Assembly (NCBI GenBank): GCA_002104905.1
Contig: MCFE01000002.1
Coordinates: forward strand, 248,559-312,558
DNA from: Basidiobolus meristosporus CBS 931.73
Taxonomy: Eukaryota; Fungi; Basidiobolomycota
DNA: 64,000 nucleotides
Reading direction: 5' to 3'
Position numbers and translations under genes: made by a program. Position 1 is the stretch's first letter. Every line of letters begins with the position of its first letter. Positions 53,763-62,525 of this stretch are shown here, one piece after another. The notes beneath the pieces are model-generated. The model ran no database searches, had not been told where the DNA came from, and saw nothing but the letters and a program-made list of their open reading frames with translations.

Positions 53763-54551
53763 AGCTTCTTCTTCACAACTGGTTGCATAGAAAGGGACCA
53801 GGCTGGGTGGTCAGAGGCTCTCAAGGATCCTAGCTCAGCTCCAGAGAATTGCTTAACTTCATTCACAAAGTAGAGGGCAGCAGCAGAAGGGCAGATCCAG
53901 TCAACACATCTTTTCTCAGATTGAGCACCTAGTGCTAGCAGATGGCTTTCTCTCAGGAAGTTCAATAGGAATGTAGATCTTGGCTTCATTCTTGCAGTCA
54001 GAGTAGTCTTGTTCTCAGGATGGTGAATGTTGAGATCTCCAAGCAAGATAACAGGTGTTGATATAGATTGCTGGTATTGCTGAACTTTCTGGCATATAAC
54101 TTGCACTTCCTGAAGGGCAAGACTTGGAGGCAGATAGCAGAGCACCAGACTGATAGTTGGCAACTGGAGAGCAGCACAGTAAGGGGAGTAAAGAGGAACA
54201 CAGAGCTGAGGAGTATTGATGGTAGAAGAGATGAAGCAGATGGAGGAGGTATTCTTTGTTCTAGGAGTAGAAAAGTAATATAGATTAGTCAAAAGTATAG
54301 AGGGTAGCTGGACATCAATCAAACACAGGAGGGAAAGTTTTGAAAGAAGTCTCTCTAGAGTTGGTCTTGATGGCTGTATGCTGTTGCAGTTAAGCAACAG
54401 AACTTCAGGTAGTCAGGCAGAGGTTGTAGCTTCTTCAGAGGCAGCATTGACAATGTGACCTGCAGAGTCCCAGAGCTCTTCAAATGGTGCATCACTTAAG
54501 TCAGCAAGGAGAGAAATGGCATGATTCTTGAGGAAGTATGCCACATCATAG
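53763..54551 (-). mobile_element. Non-LTR retrotransposon fragment encoding an APE endonuclease domain
   Basis: VLLLNCNSI...CYLPP...VILLGDLN...VDWI...SDH are the ordered APE motifs; truncated by the junction with the old copia. Confidence 0.8.
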
Positions 54552-54900
54552 TGTTGTAAAAATTCGTATTTTCACCTAAATATTCACCTAACTTAGTCAC
54601 TTAGATCATCATCTTCAAATCCTAGAGAATACTGACCAAATTCCTTGTCGGGATTTACTTAGAATATTTTCACCAAAATACCAGGTACCCAGAACATGAA
54701 AATTCTCAAAGTTGTCCAAACAGCCCCAAACTTTGCACACATGTTCTTGGGACCTTCCTTAACCTATTCTACGTGTTTGTAATGCCAAGACCTTGTAAAA
54801 GTATAAATACTACTTTTACATTCAATAAATCATTAAGTGAAAACCACATAATCTACTTGTTCTCCCAATCACTTCCAATATCTCCAAGACTCTTACAACA
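54552..54900 (+). repeat. 5' LTR (349 bp)
   Basis: TGTTG...CAACA; differs from the 3' LTR at one position on manual comparison (54793 T vs 59129 A). Confidence 0.95.
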
Positions 54901-54912
54901 GGTTATGAGCCC
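54901..54912 (+). promoter_or_regulatory. Primer-binding site complementary to the anticodon region of initiator tRNA-Met (half-tRNA priming)
   Basis: GGTTATGAGCCC directly after the LTR, like the Drosophila copia PBS GGTTATGGGCCC. Confidence 0.85.
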
Positions 54913-54931
54913 CGAGCTGTCACTCTCTGCA

Positions 54932-57900
54932 ATGTCTACTACTGCTATTACTGGAATTTTTCCCTCTGCTGAAAAGTTGGATGGATCTAACTACCAAGTG
55001 TGGAAGGTGAAGATGAAGATGCTGCTACAAGAAAGAGGCCTTTGGGATATTGTCATGGGAGAAGAATGCCCTCCTAAAAACGTGGGAGAGGAAGCCTTGA
55101 AGTACCAGAAGAAAGAACAAAGTGCCTTTAACTGCATTTGCCTTAATGTCAAGGACAAATTGCTAATTCAATGCTCAAGAGAAAAAACGGCAAAGAATGC
55201 CTGGAAAGCATTAGAAGACACCTACCAGTCATGTTCAGCTGCCAAGAAAATGTATCTGAGAAGAAAATTCTTTACTACAAAGATGCTGCCAGGAGAAGAA
55301 ATGAAAAATCTAATTAACAGAATTACCCTGCTGGTAGATGAGATGGAATCTGTGGGCGTACCAACTACTGATGAGGATGTGATAGTTACCATCCTGAATA
55401 GCCTGACAGACGAGTTTCAGGGCCTTGTATCAGCCCTAGAGTCCAGAACTGAAGATTTGACCTTAAATTACGTATATGGAAGGCTCCTGGATGAAGAATT
55501 AAGAAAATCAAGCGCCAATAAGAAGGAAGAAGAAAATGCTTTAATAAGCAATGATAACCAACAAAGGAGGTACCCAAGACCCTACAAAGGCAACAGCAAC
55601 CTATTTTGCAACTACTGCAAAAGGAAAGGACACACATCAGACCGGTGTTTCAAAAAGAGAGATTATCAGCAAAAGAAGCCTGAATATGGAAATGCTGTAA
55701 CAACTGAAGATAGACTATTCATATCTGCACTAAATATGACCACAAACAAGGATTCTCAGACGTGGTATATTGACTCTGGAGCTTCTCAACACTTTACACA
55801 CCAAAAAGAACTTTTTACCCAATATCAAGAAATTCCAATTAAGAAGGTTTTCATGGGTGACGATAGAACACTTGATGCAGTGGGAGAAGGAACTATCCAA
55901 GTAAACCTTAGAAGCAGTGAAGGAAGCCATACACTGACCTTTAAAGAAGTACTCTATGTACCAGAAATAGCCAAGAACCTACTCTCTGTAAGCAAGGCCA
56001 CAGCAGAAGGACTCAGTTTCAGTTTTGACAATTCTGGATGCAGGATCACTGATCAAAATGGTGCCCATATTGCTTCGGGCATCAGAGATCAGAACCTATA
56101 CAAGTTGACTTATATTCCATCATATCTGGAAGCCAATATAAGTAACTTAAATGAAGAAACACCAATGCTTTGGCACAGGAGATTTGGACACATCAATTTT
56201 GATTATTTGCGTAAAATGATCAAAGATCAGCTAATTTCTGGAGTGAAAATTGATCCCCCAGCTATTTTGGAGCACTGTGAAGCCTGCATATATGGGAAAC
56301 AAGCCAGACAACCGTTCAAGAGCTCTGGGTTAATCAAAACTAAGAAAAAATTAGATCTAATTCACTCAGATCTGTGTGGACCTATGCAAAATTTATCCTT
56401 AGGCGGGATGAAGTATTTAATCACTTTTATTGATGATTATACAAGATACACATGGGTCTACTTCATGGAGAGAAAGGAAGAAGCTCTGTCTAAGCTCAGG
56501 GAGTTCAAAGCCATGGTGGAGAGAGAAACTGGTGAAAAAATCAAGAAAATACGCTCTGACAATGGTGGAGAATATACCTCAAAACTCTTCATCCACTTCT
56601 GCAAAATTCATGGGATAAAGCAAGAGACTACTGTACCATACTCCCCACAGCAAAATGGAGTAGCAGAACGAGCTAACAGATCAATAATTGATATGGCAAG
56701 ATCTATGATCCATGATCAAAAATTATCCTATGATTTTTGGGCGGAATCAGTTGCCACTGCTGTATATCTTAAAAATAGGAGTTATAACAGAATACTTCGT
56801 GATTCTACTCCATTTGAAGCATGGTATGGATACAGACCAAGTGCAGAACATCTAAGAATATTTGGGTGTACAGCATATGCCAAAAAACTGGCCGGAAATC
56901 AGTCAAAATTTGAGCCAAAAAGTGTAAAATGCATATTTTTGGGCTACTGCAATGAGAGTAAGGCATACAGACTCTACAATACCAAAGCAAAGAAGCTGAT
57001 CAAGTCCAGGGATGTGTTGTTTGATGAAAATTCAAAATTTTCACAAAAAATGACATCAGATGATGACGAAAATTTGATCTCAAGTCCACCAATTGTCAGG
57101 ATTGAATCAGAGCAAAACAATGAAAACTTTTTCACTCCAGAGGACTCTACAACCGTGGTTCAGCCAGAATCAGTGCCCAGGAATATCCCAGAAGTGATCA
57201 TTCCAGTATCAAATGCCCGGAGATCCAATCGGACAAGAAATAGCCCAAATTACTATATCAATGAGGGTACAAACTTAGCCTATGCCTATTCAGTCCATAT
57301 TGATGAACCCCAGACTGTAAAAGAGGCCCTAAATAGCCCTCAGACGAAGTTTTGGAGATCTGCAATGACTGAGGAATATCAGGCACTGATGGAAAATCAA
57401 ACTTGGGACTTAGTCAAATTACCAATCAACCGAAAATCAATTGGATGCAGATGGGTCTTCAAGACAAAATACAAGGCTGATGGTACAATTGAAAGATACA
57501 AAGCAAGACTTGTAGCCAAAGGATACTCTCAAACAAAAGGACTTGACTATACTGAGACCTTTGCACTGGTAGCCAAGTTTAATTCCATCAGATTAATATT
57601 GGCTATTGCAGCCAAATATAAGTTTTTTATTCATCAAATGGATGTAAAAACTGCATTTTTGAATGGAGAACTTGATGAGGACGTGTATATGGACCAGCCT
57701 GATGGGTTTGTGGACCAAGATAACCCCCATTTGGTCTGCAAGCTTAAAAAGTCACTATATGGTCTCAAACAATCACCGAGAGCCTGGAATTGCAAGATAG
57801 ATTCTTATTTGGAATCTTTGAGTTTCAAAAGGAGTAATGCTGACTATAGTATATACTATAAGCCAGATAGAGCAAATCCAGTTCTATTAGCTCTATATGT

Positions 57901-58876
57901 GGATGATCTTATTATAGCCGCCAATAACCTAGAAACATTGGAAGAGACTAAATCCAGCCTATCTAAGGAGTTCAAGATGTCCGATCTAGGAGAACTTAGT
58001 TACTACTTAGGGATTAAGTTCTCCATAGACAGAAGTACCCAGACTATTACCCTAAGCCAATCCAAGTATATTCAAGATATACTAAAGAAGTACAAAATGG
58101 AAGACTGTAAACCGGCAGCTACCCCAATGGAGACAAACCTTAACTTGGTCAAAACTCAACCAAATCAAGAGAGCTTGGTGCCATCTGAAAGCCCTGACTT
58201 TCCTTATCAATCTATGGTCGGCAGTCTGATGTATATCATGCTTGGAACACGTCCAGATATCTCATATTCAGTGGGAGTTGTCAGCCAACATAATCAGAAT
58301 TATGGATCTGATCATATTGCAGCAGTTAAGCGGATTTTTAGATACCTAAAAGGAACTGCTGATATCTGCTTAAGATACACTTATAAGGATTCAGAACAGG
58401 ATCTTGTGGGATACTCTGATGCTGATTGGGGACGAAATTTAGAAGACAGAAGATCCACCACAGGATACACCTTTCTTTACTGTAAAGGAGCCATTTCATG
58501 GAATTCAAGAAAGCAACCAACCGTAGCACTTTCCACCACAGAGGCAGAGTATATGGCAGCCTGTGAAGCTACAAAAGAAGCAATGTGGTTAAGAAAGCTC
58601 TTTACAGATTTAGGCCTATGTCAAAAAACGCCTATTACTTTATTTCAAGATAATCAAGGATGTATACAATTAGGTAGAAATCCAACTTTTCATGCTAGAA
58701 CCAAGCACATAGATATTAGACATCATTTCATACGTGAAGCTATAGAGAATAACTTAGTTAGCTTAGTTTACTGTCCTACAGATGAAATGATTGCAGACAT
58801 ATTTACCAAACCATTAGCTAGAGACAAGTTTGAATATCTTAGGTCAAAATTAGGACTAGTCAGTATGAACATTTAG
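54932..58876 (+). CDS. Copia gag-pol polyprotein (Gag, CCHC knuckle, protease, integrase, RT, RNase H)
   Basis: CNYCKRKGHTSDRC, WYIDSGASQH, LWHRRFGH, IHSDLCGP/RSDNGGEY/QNGVAER, YKARLVAKG, LYVDDL, YSDADW and KHIDIRHHFIRE. Confidence 0.97.
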   Translation: MSTTAITGIFPSAEKLDGSNYQVWKVKMKMLLQERGLWDIVMGEECPPKNVGEEALKYQKKEQSAFNCICLNVKDKLLIQCSREKTAKNAWKALEDTYQSCSAAKKMYLRRKFFTTKMLPGEEMKNLINRITLLVDEMESVGVPTTDEDVIVTILNSLTDEFQGLVSALESRTEDLTLNYVYGRLLDEELRKSSANKKEEENALISNDNQQRRYPRPYKGNSNLFCNYCKRKGHTSDRCFKKRDYQQKKPEYGNAVTTEDRLFISALNMTTNKDSQTWYIDSGASQHFTHQKELFTQYQEIPIKKVFMGDDRTLDAVGEGTIQVNLRSSEGSHTLTFKEVLYVPEIAKNLLSVSKATAEGLSFSFDNSGCRITDQNGAHIASGIRDQNLYKLTYIPSYLEANISNLNEETPMLWHRRFGHINFDYLRKMIKDQLISGVKIDPPAILEHCEACIYGKQARQPFKSSGLIKTKKKLDLIHSDLCGPMQNLSLGGMKYLITFIDDYTRYTWVYFMERKEEALSKLREFKAMVERETGEKIKKIRSDNGGEYTSKLFIHFCKIHGIKQETTVPYSPQQNGVAERANRSIIDMARSMIHDQKLSYDFWAESVATAVYLKNRSYNRILRDSTPFEAWYGYRPSAEHLRIFGCTAYAKKLAGNQSKFEPKSVKCIFLGYCNESKAYRLYNTKAKKLIKSRDVLFDENSKFSQKMTSDDDENLISSPPIVRIESEQNNENFFTPEDSTTVVQPESVPRNIPEVIIPVSNARRSNRTRNSPNYYINEGTNLAYAYSVHIDEPQTVKEALNSPQTKFWRSAMTEEYQALMENQTWDLVKLPINRKSIGCRWVFKTKYKADGTIERYKARLVAKGYSQTKGLDYTETFALVAKFNSIRLILAIAAKYKFFIHQMDVKTAFLNGELDEDVYMDQPDGFVDQDNPHLVCKLKKSLYGLKQSPRAWNCKIDSYLESLSFKRSNADYSIYYKPDRANPVLLALYVDDLIIAANNLETLEETKSSLSKEFKMSDLGELSYYLGIKFSIDRSTQTITLSQSKYIQDILKKYKMEDCKPAATPMETNLNLVKTQPNQESLVPSESPDFPYQSMVGSLMYIMLGTRPDISYSVGVVSQHNQNYGSDHIAAVKRIFRYLKGTADICLRYTYKDSEQDLVGYSDADWGRNLEDRRSTTGYTFLYCKGAISWNSRKQPTVALSTTEAEYMAACEATKEAMWLRKLFTDLGLCQKTPITLFQDNQGCIQLGRNPTFHARTKHIDIRHHFIREAIENNLVSLVYCPTDEMIADIFTKPLARDKFEYLRSKLGLVSMNI

Positions 58877-58878
58877 CT

Positions 58879-58887
58879 GAGTGGGAG
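58879..58887 (+). promoter_or_regulatory. Polypurine tract
   Basis: GAGTGGGAG immediately before the 3' LTR. Confidence 0.75.
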
Positions 58888-59236
58888 TGTTGTAAAAATT
58901 CGTATTTTCACCTAAATATTCACCTAACTTAGTCACTTAGATCATCATCTTCAAATCCTAGAGAATACTGACCAAATTCCTTGTCGGGATTTACTTAGAA
59001 TATTTTCACCAAAATACCAGGTACCCAGAACATGAAAATTCTCAAAGTTGTCCAAACAGCCCCAAACTTTGCACACATGTTCTTGGGACCTTCCTTAACC
59101 TATTCTACGTGTTTGTAATGCCAAGACCATGTAAAAGTATAAATACTACTTTTACATTCAATAAATCATTAAGTGAAAACCACATAATCTACTTGTTCTC
59201 CCAATCACTTCCAATATCTCCAAGACTCTTACAACA
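58888..59236 (+). repeat. 3' LTR (349 bp)
   Basis: Near-identical direct repeat of 54552-54900. Confidence 0.95.
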
Positions 59237-59241
59237 CATAG

Positions 59242-59318
59242 GAGGCTTGTCTCTTGATGCAGCAAAGAAAGACAGAATGCAACATGAGCTGGAGGCTTGT
59301 TGACAGTAGAGAGTCAGG
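59242..59318 (-). mobile_element. Upstream continuation of the APE-bearing LINE fragment, capped by TTAGGG at 59319-59324
   Basis: Removing the copia and one TSD rejoins it to 54551 as one open frame (PDSLLSTSLQLMLHSVFLCCIKRQASYDVAYFLKNHA...). Confidence 0.65.
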
Positions 59319-59324
59319 TTAGGG

Positions 59325-60918
59325 AGGGAAAGTCACCAAGTTGGTGAAATCTTTATTTGGTTAAGAACTAATCTAAGTACAAATAAAGAAGCCAATTAAG
59401 GGTCTAGAACCTCTCTAATAAGTAATCTAATTTATGTTTTGTTTCATCTCTAATGTTTGTTTCAATAAAGTAAAGCTCATCAGGGGTAAATATAAAATTC
59501 AGGGGTTTTGGGGGAAGTACAAATTGTAGATATTTCTGATCAATATAATCAAGACTGGAACCCAGCCTGGGATTAGGTGTAGTAGGAAAGGTGTGTGGAC
59601 TTGTAAGTAGCTCTGCCACATAGATCTTAGATGGTCCTGAGCCAGTAGTCTTGGTTTCTCAGCTTTTTGAAGTTTTGAAGCAAGCTCTGTTACTACAGCA
59701 GAGCCAACCAGGGTGTGCCAGCAAGAAGATTTCAGGGAGGAGTTAGATTGAAGCCATTGTTTGATGGAGGGGTTATGTGATTTCTGAAGTTTGACTAGGA
59801 AGGAAGCCCGGAGATAGATCATTCGGATTTGGTATGGGTAGAACCCAAAGGCTCCATTAGTTGCATGGATATAGGGAGATACTGGAAGATAAGGTACCAA
59901 GGATCTGATACACTGATGGAGAAATTTATCCAGGCGGTGAAGTTCTCTGGAGGTTAGGGGTATAATGTGGAGACCAAATTCAAGTACTGGCAGCACATAC
60001 TGCTTCAGAAGTATAGGGATCTTTTGAATTGGAGTGTCTGGAGTGACTACTACCAGAAGCTTTTTGAGAGCCTGTTGGGCAAGACGGATCCTATTATTCA
60101 GGTGGAGCTTTGAGTCAATCCCATGTTGACAAAACGGCAGACCTAGATATATTGCAGTTTGTTGTGGCAGAATGCTAGTGTTCTGTATAGTTGTAGTGCA
60201 TCCAATTGGGACTGTCTTGGAAATTGAGAGTGAGAGGTTGTTGGCAGCCAAGTACTTCTCAATGATGGCAGTGTCTGCTATGGGATTAGGAGTAGCAATC
60301 TTGATATCATCCGCATAGAGAGTTAGTAGTGGATAGGGAGAGTCTGGTGAGGGGCCTTTTGGAAATAAAGGAAAGTCATGTAGGAATATCACAAATAGTA
60401 AGGGACCTAGTACAGATCCTTGGACTACTCCATTTTGAACCTCATAAGTCTCTGATGTGCAACTTGGATGCAAAATTTTGGCTGAGTTCTCACAAAATAG
60501 AGAACGTACAAGAAGGGTCATTGGTAGTGTGGTAACTGCTAATAGCTTTCTCCAAAGCAGAGCTCTGTCCACAGAGTCAAAGGCTTTAGTAATGTCAAAC
60601 AGAATGGTTGGCAATGAGAATTGAAGTGAATGATCATGGCTTAGCACTACAGCCATATCCAAGGAGAGTTTGGGCAAGAAGCCAAACTGAGAAGGATGGA
60701 ATGGATATAGTTGAGATTGCAAGGATCTTGCTATCATAAGCTCAAAGATTTTCCGGCAGGTTGGTAGGAGTGAAACTGGCCGGTAAGAACCTGGGAGTGA
60801 GTGTTTCCCCTTCCCTTTGTATAAGGGTATTACATTTGCCTGTGACCAGGCCTTTGGGGTAGTCAATTGTTGGGCACAGATAGAGTAGAATGGGAGAAGT
60901 AAGTGACTCATTTTGGAG
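59325..60918 (-). mobile_element. Telomere-associated LINE unit A (RT only, no 5' endonuclease)
   Basis: Open frame to stop at 59499 (ATG at 60911) with YRPVSLL, QFGF, DITKAFDSV, GVVQGSVLGPLLF, YADD and YLG; conserved 3' tail at 59325-59395. Confidence 0.9.
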
Positions 60919-60925
60919 TAGGGGG

Positions 60926-62515
60926 AGACAGTCACCAACTGGTGAAATCTTTATTTCAGTTGAAACAAAGAAGCCAGCGCTACTGTTGTAGCTTTGATAC
61001 AAGAGTGTGTAGCTGAGGGGAATTTGTAGGTAAGTTAATAAGAAGTGATGATAGCTCTTCAGTGCTCAAGACACTGTTCAGTGGGAAGGGGGGTAGCAAG
61101 AGAGGTAAGAATGACTTGTGAACAACATTAATGAAGGGAATGTGATAAGGATTGATATTCATCATAAATGGAGTGTGCTGCTGCAGATATTGCTGCCAAA
61201 GGTCTGTCAAGTACTTCAGGTAGGCCAGCTTGGGTTTTTCTGACTGCAGAATAAAGTGAGCAAACTTCTTGACTTCAGGATCTCCAAGTATAGTTCTCCA
61301 GCAGGAGCCAGGTGTTGTGTGGTGTGTTCTCTTCCAGGCCTTAATCAGTGGGTTGTTGCAGTTGTGAAGTCTGAGGTATAATCTGGTTCTAAGGTAGAGA
61401 AGTCTGATCTTATAGGGCATAAACCCAAAAGCACCAAGAATAGCATGTCTGTAGGGGCATTCAGGCAAATGAGGCACCAAGGAGGTAATGCACCATACTG
61501 CAAACTTGTCAAGCTTAGTGCAGTCTCTAGAAGTAAGAGAGAGAAGTGGTAAGCCAAATTCCAGGACAGGGAAGACAAACTGCTTGAGTAGAAGGAGGCA
61601 GCTGGGAGCTGAAGTTGTAGGAGGAGTAACAGCCAACAGCTTGTGGAGTGCCTGTCTTGCAAGGATAATTCTCTTCTTCAGGTGTGCTCCAGAGTCTAGT
61701 CCAGTAGGAAGGAAAGGAAAGCCAAGATATGTAGCAGAAACCTGAGCAGGTAGAGTGGAGTTCTCCAAGATGATGGGAGAGCCCAAAGGTACTGTCTTTG
61801 CAATGGAAAGCTGGAGATTATTCTTCTGCAGATACTGGTGGATGGTCTGGGAGTCTTGTTGCACATTGGAGGAGGATATTCTGATGTCATCAGCAAAGAG
61901 AGTAACCAGGCAGTCAGCTGAGAGTCTTGGGAAGTCATTCAGGAAGATGGCAAACAGTATAGGACCAAGCACAGAGCCTTGAACCACTCCATTAGGAACT
62001 GAGAACACAGCTGATTGCTCACTTGGGTGCAGAATTCTTGCTTGTGGATCCAGAAACAGAGACCTGACAAGGAGGGTGAGAGAGGTACTGGAGAAGCATT
62101 GCAACTTGGACCAAAGCAGATTTCTGTCAACTGAATCAAGGGCCTTAGTAATATCAAACAGAACAGAGGGATACTTGCACTGGAGAGAGTGATCTTGGCT
62201 AAGTATGACTGCATATTCCAAGAAGAGGCCAGGAACAAAGCCAAACTGTGCAGGATGAAACTTGAGGGAGTCAGAGTAGAGCTCCTGAGCAAGCAGAAGC
62301 TCAAACACCTTTCTGCAGGTGGGCAGCAGAGATATTGGCCTGTAGGAGCTAGGATCCAGGTGCTTTCCTTTACCCTTATACAGTGGCAGAACATTTGCAA
62401 AGGACCATTCCTCAGGAGTAGAAAGCTGGGCTGAGCATTGCTGAAACAGTGGAAGCAGAAGTGCAGACATGGCCTTGGTACTAGTCTTCAGAAGCTCATA
62501 GGAGATTGTGTCCAC
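60926..62515 (-). mobile_element. Telomere-associated LINE unit B (RT only, divergent from A)
   Basis: Open frame 62515 to 60980 (ATG at 62470) with YRPISLL, QFGF, DITKALDSV, GVVQGSVLGPILF and FADD; same 3' tail; 5' end followed by TTAGGG. Confidence 0.9.
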
Positions 62516-62525
62516 TTAGGGGGGG

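Larger units (their letters stand above)
54552..59236 (+). mobile_element. Full-length Ty1/copia LTR retrotransposon with 5-bp TSD CATAG (54547-54551 and 59237-59241)
   Basis: TG...CA LTRs, PBS, PPT, uninterrupted gag-pol and matching TSDs. Confidence 0.97.

Noticed and set aside
53091-53873. ORF-track proteins spanning 53762 (53091-53873 plus strand, 53633-54397 minus strand)
   Set aside because: They are chimeric read-throughs across the copia/LINE junction, not real C-termini.
54773-54931. 53-codon N-terminal extension of Gag starting in the LTR
   Set aside because: It begins at or upstream of the TATA box, so it is unlikely to be in the mRNA. The matching ORF at 59109-59303 is just the 3' LTR copy.
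59952-59960. Internal GGTTAGGGG in LINE unit A as an old telomere junction
   Set aside because: It is a single repeat within a continuous reading frame (PLTSR) and consistent with chance.
59499-62515. Telomerase (TERT) or Penelope/Athena RT
   Set aside because: The motifs YRP(I/V)SLL, QFGF, KAFDSV and GVxQGSVLGP are non-LTR LINE type; no TERT T/CP motifs were seen.
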